Below are positions 17,684 to 27,633 of a stretch of DNA of 53,041 bases, one piece after another (the first letter of the stretch is position 1; each line of letters starts with the position of its first letter). The position numbers and the translations under genes are program-made. The notes under the pieces were generated by a model. It made no database searches and was not told the origin of the DNA. It saw nothing but the letters and a program-made list of their open reading frames with translations. Origin of the DNA: Gemmatimonadota bacterium (lineage in GTDB: Bacteria; Gemmatimonadota; Gemmatimonadetes; Palauibacterales; Palauibacteraceae); the NCBI GenBank assembly GCA_051004775.1, contig JBPCJZ010000176.1, forward strand, positions 1 to 53,041. Reading direction: 5' to 3'.

Positions 17684-18346
17684 ATGCGCTGCAACGTGAG
17701 AATCGTCACCCTGCTAGCCCTCGTGAGCATGGGCGCAGTCGCCTGCGGTGGAAGCGAACCCCCGCCGGAGCCGCCGCCGGTCGTCGAAGTCCGCACGCCG
17801 GACGCGGACAGCCTGGCCGCCGCGCGCGCCGCGGAGCGTGAGGCCGCGGCCGCGCAGCTCTGCACGCAGGCTCGCGAGGCGATCGCCGCGGGAGACCTGA
17901 GTCGTGCCCGCAGCCTGATCCAGCAGATCAACCGCGACTATGCCGGCACCGAGTGCGCCGGCACCGCGGCGGCGATGAATGCTCGGATCGACGCCGTGAC
18001 GGTTCTGCGCGAGCCGGTCCACTTCGAGTTCGACCGCTCCCGCGTGACGGACGAAGCCGCGGCTCTGCTCCAGCGGAAGGCGGAGGTCCTGCGCGAGCAT
18101 CCGAACCTCCGGCTGGCGATCGAAGGTCACTGTGACGAGCGCGGTTCGCTCGAATACAACATGGCCCTCGGGCAGCGGCGCGCGGAAGCGACGAAGCGGT
18201 ATCTCGTGGGGCTGGGCCTGCAGGACGGCATGTTCTCGACCGTCAGCTTCGGCGAGGAACGCCCGATTGCCCAGGGTACGACCGAGGCGGCCTTCGCGCA
18301 GAACCGGCGCGCGGCGTTCGTGATCAATAATCTCGACGCGTTGTGA
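17684..18346 (+). CDS. pal: peptidoglycan-associated lipoprotein Pal
   Basis: AAGGAG SD, lipobox AVA-C, VHFEFD, IEGHCDERGS.EYNMALGQRRA, SFGEERP, NRR. Confidence 0.93.
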   Translation: MRCNVRIVTLLALVSMGAVACGGSEPPPEPPPVVEVRTPDADSLAAARAAEREAAAAQLCTQAREAIAAGDLSRARSLIQQINRDYAGTECAGTAAAMNARIDAVTVLREPVHFEFDRSRVTDEAAALLQRKAEVLREHPNLRLAIEGHCDERGSLEYNMALGQRRAEATKRYLVGLGLQDGMFSTVSFGEERPIAQGTTEAAFAQNRRAAFVINNLDAL

Positions 18347-19122
18347 GTCTTCGACGCAACGCGGGTTTCGTGGCGCTGGCGCTGCTTTCGAGCAGCGCCT
18401 GCGCGACGAAGAGCGATGTCGCGACCCTTCGCACGTCCATCTCGACGCAGATGGAGGAGGATCGAGCGCAGCGGGATTCGTTGATGTCGGAGATCAGCGC
18501 CCTGCGGTCGGTGCTGCTGGACAGCCTGAACGTTCAGCAGCGGCGTGATATCTCGGGTCGAGTCGACCTGGAGCGTCAGATTCAGGACCTGAACACGGCC
18601 CTGAACCAGCTCCTGGCGTTGACCGGCGAGACGCAGCGTCAGCTCGCCCGTCTCCAGGCCGGGGGCTCCGACGGGGCGCTCACCGTGCCCCGTGATCGGC
18701 CCGGAGCCGGGGCGGTGTCGGTGGACGGCAGCGGCGAATCGGCGGCCGGAGCGCAGGAGCTGTACGAGGCGGCCGTGCGGCAGTTCCGGCGCGGCTCCTA
18801 CGAGACCGCCCGAACGGGGCTCGACGAGTTCCTGCAGCAGTACCCCGCCCACGAGCTGGCGCCGGACGCGCAGTACTATCGCGCCGAGACCTACGCCGAG
18901 ACCAACGACGACGCCCGGGCGCTCGCCGAGTACGCCCGCGTGCTCGAGTTGTACCCGAACTCCCGCCGGGCGCCCACGGCTCTGTACAAGAGTGGCCAGA
19001 TCGAACTACGGCGCGGCAACACCGAGGACGCCCGGACGTTTTTCAATCGGGTGATCCAGGGGTATCCGGGCAGCGACGAAGTCGAACTCGCGAGGCGGGA
19101 GCTCGCCCGTCTCCGCGGCTGA
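18343..19122 (+). CDS. cpoB: Tol-Pal protein CpoB/YbgF
   Basis: Lipobox SSA-C, coiled coil, TPRs (FL..YP...LAPDAQY, APTALYK, YPGS); follows pal. Confidence 0.9.
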   Translation: MSLRRNAGFVALALLSSSACATKSDVATLRTSISTQMEEDRAQRDSLMSEISALRSVLLDSLNVQQRRDISGRVDLERQIQDLNTALNQLLALTGETQRQLARLQAGGSDGALTVPRDRPGAGAVSVDGSGESAAGAQELYEAAVRQFRRGSYETARTGLDEFLQQYPAHELAPDAQYYRAETYAETNDDARALAEYARVLELYPNSRRAPTALYKSGQIELRRGNTEDARTFFNRVIQGYPGSDEVELARRELARLRG

Positions 19123-19146
19123 CGCGGGGCCGGCGGAGCCGGGCCC

Positions 19147-19668
19147 GTGCGTTGCCCGTCGTGCAACAACGTCGAAGACAAGGTCGTCGATTCCCGGCTG
19201 AGCCGGGGAGATCGATCGATCCGTCGCCGCCGGGAGTGCCTCTCCTGTGGCAAGCGCTTCACCACCTACGAGGTGGTCGAGCACGAACCCCTCTCCGTCC
19301 GTAAGACCACCGGCGCGATCGAACCCTACGATCGGGCCAAGCTTCGGCGCAGCATCGGCATCGCCTGCGCCAAGCGTCCCGTCTCCCTCGCGATGATCGA
19401 AGAAGTGGTCGACCGCATCGAGGAAGTCCTCGAGGGGACCGACGAACGGGAGATCAGCAGCCAATCGATCGGCCAGATGGTCATGGAGCATCTCCGCGGG
19501 CTCGACCAGGTCGCGTATGTCCGCTTCGCATCGGTCTATCGAAACTTTCAGGACACGACGGAGTTCATGGAAGAGGTGCGGGAGCTGGTGACACAGGCGC
19601 GGTATCGGGCGCGCGGACAGCAGGACATGTTCGAGAAGGACAAGCAGCCGGAGGAGGACGACGACTGA
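19147..19668 (+). CDS. nrdR: transcriptional repressor NrdR
   Basis: CPSC, KVVDSR, IRRRRECLSC..RFTTYE, ATP cone, DQVAYVRFASVYR.F. Confidence 0.97.
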   Translation: MRCPSCNNVEDKVVDSRLSRGDRSIRRRRECLSCGKRFTTYEVVEHEPLSVRKTTGAIEPYDRAKLRRSIGIACAKRPVSLAMIEEVVDRIEEVLEGTDEREISSQSIGQMVMEHLRGLDQVAYVRFASVYRNFQDTTEFMEEVRELVTQARYRARGQQDMFEKDKQPEEDDD

Positions 19669-19669
19669 C

Positions 19670-20419
19670 GTGGAAGCCGCCAGGGGAGAGATGCCGTTTC
19701 TCGATCATCTCGAGGAATTGCGACGGCGACTGATCTGGAGCCTGGTCGTGCTCGTAGCCCTCTCGGTCGGGGGCTTCTTCATCGTAACGGGGTTCGACGT
19801 GATCGGGGTTCTCGAGCGGCCCTTCCACTACGTTCTGCCCGGTCAGAACCTTCTCTACACGAGCCCGACGACCCCGGTGCTCGTGAGCCTGAAGCTCGGG
19901 TTCGTCATCGGCGTCATCCTGGCGGGGCCCTTCCTGGCGTGGCAGCTCTGGTCGTTCTTCGAGCCGGCGCTCTACGATCACGAACGCCGACTCATCCTGC
20001 CCGCCATCGGACTCGGTTTCGTCCTGTTTCTCGTCGGCATCGCCATGGCGTACTTCTTCGTCCTGCCGTTCGGGTTGGAGTTCCTGCTCGGCTTCCAGTC
20101 GGAAAGCCTGAGCCCTATCATCACGGTCGACGAATACCTCAGCTTCGCCACGCGGCTGATCCTCGCCTTCGGCCTGATATTCGAAATGCCGGTGATCCTC
20201 GTCCTGTTGTCGATGATCGGCCTCGTAACGACCGCTGGACTGCGGAAGTACCGGCGCCACGCCGCCGTCGGCCTCGCCGGGGCCTCGGCGCTCCTCACGC
20301 CGGCCGACGTGGGAACGATGCTCATGCTGCTGGCTCCGATGCTTCTCCTGTACGAGTTCTCGATCGTCCTGGTGCGGATGATGGGCCGGCGGAACGAACC
20401 GGCCGAAGCTGAGACGTGA
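19670..20419 (+). CDS. tatC: twin-arginine translocase TatC
   Basis: MPFLDHLEELRRR, PALY..ERR, FGLIFEMP, LTPAD, LLYE. Confidence 0.96.
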   Translation: MEAARGEMPFLDHLEELRRRLIWSLVVLVALSVGGFFIVTGFDVIGVLERPFHYVLPGQNLLYTSPTTPVLVSLKLGFVIGVILAGPFLAWQLWSFFEPALYDHERRLILPAIGLGFVLFLVGIAMAYFFVLPFGLEFLLGFQSESLSPIITVDEYLSFATRLILAFGLIFEMPVILVLLSMIGLVTTAGLRKYRRHAAVGLAGASALLTPADVGTMLMLLAPMLLLYEFSIVLVRMMGRRNEPAEAET

Positions 20420-23232
20420 AGGCGCGCCGCCCCTGGTGGGGTCGGGGACTTGCGATCGCCGTCGTTCTGGCGTGGGCGACCGGCCCGCTCGCCGCCCCGC
20501 TCCCGGCTCAGGACCGACCGGGTGGCGATCGAGGTCGCCCGGACCTCGGCGTGCCCGCCGACAGCGTGGGCGCGGAGCTCGAGCGCCTGCAGGCACTCCC
20601 GGACAGCCTTCTCACCGACAGCCTGCGCGCCCTGCGCGACAGTCTGATCGTACGCCGCGACAGCCTGGCGCAGGCGAACCTCGAGACTCGTCGGGAGGGC
20701 CTGTCGGGGGGAGACTTCCCGGAGCGTGACGCGATCTTCGAGAGCCTGCAGAGCCAGGCCGGGTTCGACGTCGTCGAGTATCGAGGCGAGACGGTGCGGG
20801 TCGGTGTGGCGCGGGAGACGCTCGACCTGGAGGGAAAAGCGCAGCTCAACCGCGTCGGCGACGTCCTGACGGCGGACACGATCCGCTACCTCGGGGACCG
20901 CCGGTTCATCGAGGCGCGCAGCAACATCGAGCTCCTCGGTTCCGACGGGTCGAGCGCCCGCAGTCCGACGCTGGCGTACTACGACGTCGACCGGCTGCGC
21001 GGGACGTTGTTCGACGCCGAGTCGTCGTTCAACGACGGCGGAACGGAATGGCGTGTCTTCGGAAACGTGATTCCTCTCGCGCAGGATACGATCTACGCTA
21101 CGCACAGTGCCTTCACGTCGTGCGACCTCGAGCGGCCGCACTACACGTTCCGAGCCGGCCAGTTGAAGATGGTGAGCCGGGATGTGCTCGTCGCGTGGCC
21201 GGTCACGCTCTACATCAGCCGCGTACCTGTTTTCTGGCTGCCGTTCTTCGCCGCCGACATCCGCCAGGGCCGGCGGAGCGGGATCATCCCGCCGCGGTTC
21301 GGCATCAACGACATCGTGCAGACCTCGGGGAGCACGAGCCGCAACATCACCGATTTCGGCTACTACTGGGCGATCAGCGACTACTTCGACGCCCAGGCCA
21401 CGGTGGACTGGTTCAGCGGCAACTACACGAGGGTCAATGGCGCCTTCCGCTACCGCTTCCTGAAGCAGTTTCTGCGGGGCAGCGTGATCTACAGCCAGAG
21501 CTTCAGTGAGACCGGAAACAACCTCCGCGTGCAGGCGGGGCACGACCAGGAACTCGGGCTCAACACGACGCTTCGGGCGGCGATCAACTACGTCCAGGAC
21601 ACGCGGATCTTCCAGGATCAGAGCGTGAATCCGAACGAACAGACGCAGTCCATCGACTCCGACGTGGGGCTCAATCATCGATTCCCCTTCGGGAACCTGC
21701 AGGCGAGCGCCCGCCGACAGCAGTACCTCGACGGATCGCGTACGACTACGACGCTCCCCAACGTGAGCTTCTCGATCTCGCCCGTCACACTGTTCGCGGC
21801 GCCCCGCAACCGCGCCGGGCCGTTCAACAACATGACCCTCGACGGCTCGACGCGGTTCTCGCGGATGACGACCGACGCCGACTCGGCATCCGACGTGGCG
21901 ACGACGACCGGCGGCGCCAGTTCGACGCTGCGCGTGGGGCAGTTGACGATCTCCAACGACGCATCCATCCGCGACCTGGAGACGATCGCGCAGGACTCGG
22001 TATTCGTCGACCTGCCGCCGACGACCGAGACGACGCTCGACTGGTCCTCGACAGCGCGCTACCAGATCGACCTCATCGGTTCGACGAGCCTGAGCCCGAC
22101 GGCGATGCTGACGGGCGGCCGATTCCGCAGCGAGGGGACCGGCGGAGACTTCGTCTCGGTGCCGGGCCGCGCGTCGCTCGGCGCAACGCTGCGCTCCGAC
22201 GTGTTCGGCTTCTATCCCGGGTTCGGCCCGTTCACGCGCCTGCGGCACAAGGTCACGCCGTCGGTGACGTACGCGTATTCGCCGGCCGTCGACGTGGATC
22301 CCGCCCTGGCGGCCGTGCCCGGCTTCCCGGCTTCGAGCGGCGATGCGCGGAACCAGTTGAGCTTCAATATCAATCAGACGTTCGAAGCGAAGCTGGGCGA
22401 GCCGGTCAGCGCTCCCGATTCCGTCATCGCGGACACGCTCGTCGGCGGCCCGCTTCCCGTCGTCGACTCCGTCTCGACGACCGTGGGCGTCACGTCCGGC
22501 CGTCGGCTGGCCCCGGGCGAGCGGCCTCCGCCGACTCAGGCTCCGAGGGACCGGACGATCAAGCTGCTGGGGATCAACACATCGGTATTCACGTTCGACT
22601 TCGAACGGGCGAAGCGTGGGGGACCGGTCCTCGTGACCGACCAGGTCACCAACGGCCTGACTTCGGACCTTCTGCGGGGTCTGACGATCAACATGGTCCA
22701 CGACCTGTTCGACGGTACCGGTCCCGATCGCACGTTCGATCTCTTCCTGTCGCGGCTGACCGCCAACTTCAGCCTGAGTTCCGGAAGCGGGTTGGGCGAC
22801 ATCTTTGGAGTCGGGGGTGGCGGTGGCCCCGGGCCAAGCCAGGCCGGGGTCAGCCTGCTCGACCGTTTCCGCGATCCTGCCATCTACGGCGGAGACGATC
22901 CCTTCGACGGAGGGTCCGGTCCCTGGAGCGCGTCCTTCACGTACAGTCTCCAGCGCTCCCGCGAGTCCGAGGCGGGGGTCGAGAGCCAGGCCATCCAGTC
23001 CACGATCGCGCTTCGGCCGACGACCCACTGGTCGATCCGCTGGACGACCCAGTACAACCTCACCGACAGCGAGTTCGGACAGAACGTCATCACCCTCGAT
23101 CGCGATCTCCATCGGTGGCTGGCGTCCTTCCAGTTCGCGCGCTCGCCCAATGGCAACACGATCTTTCAGGTCTCGATCAGCTTGAAGGACGCGCCGGATA
23201 TCCGGGGCGACTACAGCCAGCGCACGAACTGA
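20416..23232 (+). CDS. lptD: LPS assembly protein LptD (LptD_2 type)
   Basis: Signal peptide, beta-jellyroll, FTSCD...PHY, PVFWLPF, RRSGII.P, GYYWAISDYFD, RDLHRW. Confidence 0.85.
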   Translation: MKARRPWWGRGLAIAVVLAWATGPLAAPLPAQDRPGGDRGRPDLGVPADSVGAELERLQALPDSLLTDSLRALRDSLIVRRDSLAQANLETRREGLSGGDFPERDAIFESLQSQAGFDVVEYRGETVRVGVARETLDLEGKAQLNRVGDVLTADTIRYLGDRRFIEARSNIELLGSDGSSARSPTLAYYDVDRLRGTLFDAESSFNDGGTEWRVFGNVIPLAQDTIYATHSAFTSCDLERPHYTFRAGQLKMVSRDVLVAWPVTLYISRVPVFWLPFFAADIRQGRRSGIIPPRFGINDIVQTSGSTSRNITDFGYYWAISDYFDAQATVDWFSGNYTRVNGAFRYRFLKQFLRGSVIYSQSFSETGNNLRVQAGHDQELGLNTTLRAAINYVQDTRIFQDQSVNPNEQTQSIDSDVGLNHRFPFGNLQASARRQQYLDGSRTTTTLPNVSFSISPVTLFAAPRNRAGPFNNMTLDGSTRFSRMTTDADSASDVATTTGGASSTLRVGQLTISNDASIRDLETIAQDSVFVDLPPTTETTLDWSSTARYQIDLIGSTSLSPTAMLTGGRFRSEGTGGDFVSVPGRASLGATLRSDVFGFYPGFGPFTRLRHKVTPSVTYAYSPAVDVDPALAAVPGFPASSGDARNQLSFNINQTFEAKLGEPVSAPDSVIADTLVGGPLPVVDSVSTTVGVTSGRRLAPGERPPPTQAPRDRTIKLLGINTSVFTFDFERAKRGGPVLVTDQVTNGLTSDLLRGLTINMVHDLFDGTGPDRTFDLFLSRLTANFSLSSGSGLGDIFGVGGGGGPGPSQAGVSLLDRFRDPAIYGGDDPFDGGSGPWSASFTYSLQRSRESEAGVESQAIQSTIALRPTTHWSIRWTTQYNLTDSEFGQNVITLDRDLHRWLASFQFARSPNGNTIFQVSISLKDAPDIRGDYSQRTN

Positions 23233-23363
23233 GATTGCCCCGGGCGGCGCCGGCGGCCTGCTGGCCGGATTCTTGATCTACCGAGGACCACCGGCGGCCC
23301 TTCGAGTCGCCGCCGGGCTCGTGAGCTACCAGGCGAAACATCTCAGGTGAGCGGTCTCTCCCG

Positions 23364-26189
23364 ATGACCAATTTCCAGAAGCTCAAACACGAAGCGCGGC
23401 GGGCCGAGCAGCGATCGGACTGGGCGCGCGCTATCGATCTCTACCGTCGTGCGCTCGATACCGACGAGGACATGACCGATCTGAGTCTCTACAACCGGAT
23501 CGGAGATCTCTATCACCGGCAGGGCCAGACGGACGAAGCCGTCGGCTCCTATGAACAGGCCGTGGAGCGCTACGCAGAGAACGGGATGCACACGAGCGCC
23601 ATCGCGCTATGCAACAAGATCCTGCGAATCGCACCCGACCGCGCCTCCGTGTTTCGCCGGCTGGCCGGATTGCACGCGCAGACCGGGCTCCTGCTGGAGG
23701 GGCGCGCCAACTGCATGGAATATGTGCGTCGTTGCCTCGAGGAGGACGCGGCGGGCGACGCGCGCGCGGCGATCGAGGAGTTCACCGCGCTGTCCGGCGA
23801 CGAAGAGGTTCGGCTGGAGTACGCGGACGCCCTCGCGAACGCCGGTGACCCGGCCAGTGCCATCGAGCAACTGGAAGCCCTCTATGGAGCGCGGAAGCAT
23901 CCGGGAGTCGACGCGGTCGATCTCGTCGAGCGCATCGTCGCCCTTGGAGGAGACGCTCCCGAGTCCTCCGAACCCGCGGCGGCCGAAGGTGAAGCGGCCG
24001 GCACCGGTTCCGAAGTGGGCCCCGTCGACCTCGCGGCTCTCGTGGCCCGCGAGCTCGGTCTTGCCGCGGAACCATCCGGTTTCGACCCGTCACCGCCTCC
24101 GCCCGGACCCGAGCCGCGGCGTGCAGGCGAGGACGGGCTCGACGCCGTCCGCCAGCTCGTTTGCGAATTTCGCGAGCAGGTGAGCCATGCCCTCGAAGGC
24201 GCCGACATCAGCATCCGCTACGATCTCGGGATCGAGTTCATGACGATCGGCCTGCTGGAGGAGGCGATCGAAGAGTTCCGGTCGGTCGTAGCGAACCCCG
24301 GTCTGGTCGAGGCCGCCAGCGCGCGCATCGCGGAGTGTGTAGCGCTTCGAAACGCCGGCGAGAGTTTCGCCCCTCGCGCCCCGCTGGTTGCGTCGGCTCA
24401 GACCGTCCCTCTCGCGGCGCCGGCGGAGCCGGACGAATCGATCACGCAGGAAGAGCCCGACGTGTCGCTGGCCGATGTGTACGGCGTGGTAGAACTGCCC
24501 CCGCCTGATCAGGAGCCGGCGGATCACACGGCGGACGACGAAGCGCGCGGCGGGGATGAGGCCGACGGAGACAACGAGCTGCAGGGTCATTTCTTCCGCG
24601 CGAGACTGGCGCAGTACCGGATTCGAAGGGCCGAGGAACGACACTCGACAGACCACGCCGGACATTTGGATCTGGGCTCGGCGTACGTCGAGATGGACCT
24701 CTTCCACGAAGCGGTGCGCGAGTTCGGGGTCGCCCTGTCGGGGCCGCGTCCGGTTTCCGCCAGGGCGGCACGGTCGCTGGCGGAACTGACCACCGGGCCG
24801 GGCACGCCGGCGGACATGGCACTGCAGGCGCTGGCTATTCTGGCCGGCTCGGATCACGCGTCGTCGGTCCCCGAGCTTGGTGCCGCACTCGTTGAGGCCT
24901 GGGGGCCGGGTCACGAACTCGCCGACCGGCTGGCGGAGCTCCTCGGCGCGCACGCGACGCGGACCGACGACCTCCCGGCCCTGGAGTCGATGTTCCCGGG
25001 ACTGCTGGAGCAGACCGCTCCACCGGCAGCCACTCACGAGATCGAGGCGCCGGCTGAGCCCTCCACTACCGGTCCGGAAACCGCACCCGAGTCGGTGCCC
25101 GGGTCGGCGGAGGGCTCGCCGCCCCCCGTTGCCCAACCCCCGGCCTCCGCGGAGCGTGAAGCTGAGGCGCCCCGCACGCCGCGCCCTGACCATTCCGCCT
25201 CCGCCAGCGGGATGAAGCCCGAAGACCTGGCCGAGCTCGACGAACTCCTCTCGCAGCTCGACGGCGCGGATCTCGATGGCACGGCCATGCTCGACCTCGA
25301 GATCGAAGAGGCCGACCAGCTCGCCGCCGACGGCAATCACGGCGTGGCGGCCGACCTCCTGACCTCGGTTCTGGAGCGGCTCGAGAGCGAGCATCGCACC
25401 CGGGAGGCGATCGATGTGTCGCACCGGCTGCTCTCGCTGCGTCCGGACGACGTGATGCTCCATCACCACCACACCGAGCTGGCGCTCATGGTGAACAGCC
25501 GGGAGATACTGCTGGCGTCCTACGCCGAACTCGGCGCCTGCCTGCGCCGCAACGATACGGCCCGGAACGCGCGTGCCGCGTACGGGCGGATGCTCGACAT
25601 CGACCCGGTGAACGAACAGGCGAAGGCGGCGATCGCGGAGATCGACGCGGACGAAGTCTCCGGCGAACGCCGGGCGGAGGAGCACGAGCACGAGGCTTCG
25701 GCCCCCGCCGGGGCGGAAACGGCCGGGCGCGGGGAGTTCGACGCATTGCTCGACGGTCTCGACACAGGCGGAGGCGAGGAGAACGGCCGGGTCCTGCGCT
25801 ACGACGAGCTGGACGACTCCGGGGAGGCGGATCCCGTCGCAAGTTCTCATCACGACCTGGGACTCGCGTTCCGGCAGATGGGCATGTGGGACGAAGCTTC
25901 CCGAGAACTGAGCGCCGCGCTCGAAGGGGTGAGTGATCGCCTGAGCGTGCTGGAGGCGCTGGGTGAATGCCTCGTGAAGGCGGAGCGGGGCGGGGAGGCC
26001 GTCGCGCTGCTCCAGGGCGAGTTGAGAGCGGATGAGGGCGCGGAGCAGGTCGGCCCGCTCTATTGGCTCGGCATCGCCTTGCAGGCAACGGGCGACGACG
26101 CGGCGGCGCGCGCCACGTTCACGCGCATCGAGGCGGCGAGCCCGGGATATCGGGACGCCGCCGGACGGCTGGCGGGGCTCTCGCTCTAG
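23364..26189 (+). CDS. large cytoplasmic multi-module TPR protein
   Basis: N-terminal TPRs (LYNRIGDLY, AIALCNKILR), acidic Pro-rich linkers, three DLG..[FY]..[MI]...EA..E[FL] motifs; no signal peptide. Confidence 0.85.
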   Translation: MTNFQKLKHEARRAEQRSDWARAIDLYRRALDTDEDMTDLSLYNRIGDLYHRQGQTDEAVGSYEQAVERYAENGMHTSAIALCNKILRIAPDRASVFRRLAGLHAQTGLLLEGRANCMEYVRRCLEEDAAGDARAAIEEFTALSGDEEVRLEYADALANAGDPASAIEQLEALYGARKHPGVDAVDLVERIVALGGDAPESSEPAAAEGEAAGTGSEVGPVDLAALVARELGLAAEPSGFDPSPPPPGPEPRRAGEDGLDAVRQLVCEFREQVSHALEGADISIRYDLGIEFMTIGLLEEAIEEFRSVVANPGLVEAASARIAECVALRNAGESFAPRAPLVASAQTVPLAAPAEPDESITQEEPDVSLADVYGVVELPPPDQEPADHTADDEARGGDEADGDNELQGHFFRARLAQYRIRRAEERHSTDHAGHLDLGSAYVEMDLFHEAVREFGVALSGPRPVSARAARSLAELTTGPGTPADMALQALAILAGSDHASSVPELGAALVEAWGPGHELADRLAELLGAHATRTDDLPALESMFPGLLEQTAPPAATHEIEAPAEPSTTGPETAPESVPGSAEGSPPPVAQPPASAEREAEAPRTPRPDHSASASGMKPEDLAELDELLSQLDGADLDGTAMLDLEIEEADQLAADGNHGVAADLLTSVLERLESEHRTREAIDVSHRLLSLRPDDVMLHHHHTELALMVNSREILLASYAELGACLRRNDTARNARAAYGRMLDIDPVNEQAKAAIAEIDADEVSGERRAEEHEHEASAPAGAETAGRGEFDALLDGLDTGGGEENGRVLRYDELDDSGEADPVASSHHDLGLAFRQMGMWDEASRELSAALEGVSDRLSVLEALGECLVKAERGGEAVALLQGELRADEGAEQVGPLYWLGIALQATGDDAAARATFTRIEAASPGYRDAAGRLAGLSL

Positions 26190-26329
26190 AAACGCGGCGC
26201 GATCCGACCCGGTTCTTCAACAGGCAGGCTTCCAGCCGCCCCATTTCTTCGCCGGGCCGCCTTCGGTATGTTCGGCGCATCCTCGGTCCGCTGCCGGTGA
26301 CCCAGGACCGGGGCACCCAACGGAGAGAG

Positions 26330-27316
26330 ATGCTCGAAGCCGCGCTGCCGACGCTCGAAGTGCTCCAACACCCCGTACGGGAACGACTCCGCGGCGTGGA
26401 GGCGATCCTGCATGAACTCGTGACGGCCGACTTCGGTCCGATCAACGAGGTGAGTCAGTACCTCGTCAGTTCGCGCGGCAAGTATCTCCGTCCCACGCTG
26501 CTCCTGCTGGCCAATGAAGTAGGGGGTCGGCCGGATCCGGCGGCCGAGCGGCTCGCGGCGATCGTCGAACTGATGCACGGCGCCACGCTCGTCCACGACG
26601 ATGCGGTGGACCACTCGCCCAGGCGCCGCGGCATGCCGACCGTCAACGTCCGCTGGACCCACCAGGTCGCCGTGATCATGGGCGACTATCTTTACTCGAG
26701 GGCCCTGCTCGAGGTGACACGCACCGGGCCGACCGAAGCCGTCGGCGTCCTGGCGGCGGCCTCGAATCAGATGTCGATCGGAGAGATGCGGCAACTGGCG
26801 GCCCACGATGCGCTCGAGAGCACCGAAGAGGACTACTATGCGTTGTGCGAGTGCAAGACGGCGTCGCTGATGGCCGCGGCATGCGAGCTGGGGGCGATGG
26901 TAGGCGACCCGCGCCACCGGGCGGCGCTCACCGCCTATGGACGCGACCTGGGGATGGCCTTCCAGATCGTAGACGACTTGATTGACTACACGGTGTCGGC
27001 CGACATTACGGGGAAGCCGCATGGCCTCGATCTGCGGGAGCACAAAGTGACGCTGCCGCTGATCGCCGCCCTGCCGAAGATGGACCGCGCCGGCTCGACC
27101 GCCGTCTCCGAGTTGTTCGAGGCGGACGAGCCGACCGAAGACCTGGTGGAGACAGTCGTACAGGCCGTGACGAACGCCGGGGGCCTGGACTATGCCCGGC
27201 AGCGCGCCCGGCACTATGCGCAGGCGGCCAGCCGTCACCTGGAGTCGATACCGGATGATCCGTTCGCACGGATCCTCCGGCTCACCGTGGATTTCGTCCT
27301 GGAGCGACAGAAGTGA
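26330..27316 (+). CDS. ispB: polyprenyl diphosphate synthase (IspB-like)
   Basis: GKYLRP, HDDAVD...RRG, GDYL, KTA, FQIVDDLID, GKP.G.DL.E.KVTLP. Start at ATG 26330 or GTG 26297. Confidence 0.92.
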   Translation: MLEAALPTLEVLQHPVRERLRGVEAILHELVTADFGPINEVSQYLVSSRGKYLRPTLLLLANEVGGRPDPAAERLAAIVELMHGATLVHDDAVDHSPRRRGMPTVNVRWTHQVAVIMGDYLYSRALLEVTRTGPTEAVGVLAAASNQMSIGEMRQLAAHDALESTEEDYYALCECKTASLMAAACELGAMVGDPRHRAALTAYGRDLGMAFQIVDDLIDYTVSADITGKPHGLDLREHKVTLPLIAALPKMDRAGSTAVSELFEADEPTEDLVETVVQAVTNAGGLDYARQRARHYAQAASRHLESIPDDPFARILRLTVDFVLERQK

Positions 27317-27597
27317 ATCTCGACTTCGGCGGACGCCGGAAGCCTTCTACACGACGCGTAGCCCTGATCCTAGCGGGGGGGCTCGTTCTCGGTGCGCTCC
27401 TCACCGAACTCGCATCTCTTCTTCCCCCGGGGGCCCCGCGCGAGGTATTCATCACGACCGTCGCGGCGTCGCTCGGACCGCTGACCGTGGATCTCATGGT
27501 CGTGGCGCTGACACTCGGCCCGCTGGTCCTGCGCGTGAACATCTTGAGCGTAGTCGGGATACTCCTGCTGGCGTGGTTCTCGAAATCTCTACTCTAG
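27313..27597 (+). CDS. DUF4321-like small membrane protein
   Basis: Hydrophobic N-helix, DL.VV.LTLG..L.VNILS..G; GTGA overlap with ispB. Confidence 0.7.
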   Translation: MNLDFGGRRKPSTRRVALILAGGLVLGALLTELASLLPPGAPREVFITTVAASLGPLTVDLMVVALTLGPLVLRVNILSVVGILLLAWFSKSLL

Positions 27598-27633
27598 GTC
27601 CGGATCGACCCGGGCCATAATGAAGGATCCGAC

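Noticed and set aside
13808-18346. Long N-terminal extensions of tolQ, tolB and pal in the ORF track (also tsaB, rimI, aroQ, accB, ftsK, rimO and the OMP)
   Set aside because: The extensions overlap upstream genes. SD sites, signal peptides and stop-start overlaps point to later starts.
19978-23112. 1044-aa antisense ORF, and similar long ORFs such as 4799..6670, 7717..9372, 24090..25853 and 43900..46341
   Set aside because: They are shadows of well-supported genes on the opposite strand. Stop codons are rare in GC-rich codon-biased DNA, and the translations have no recognisable motifs.
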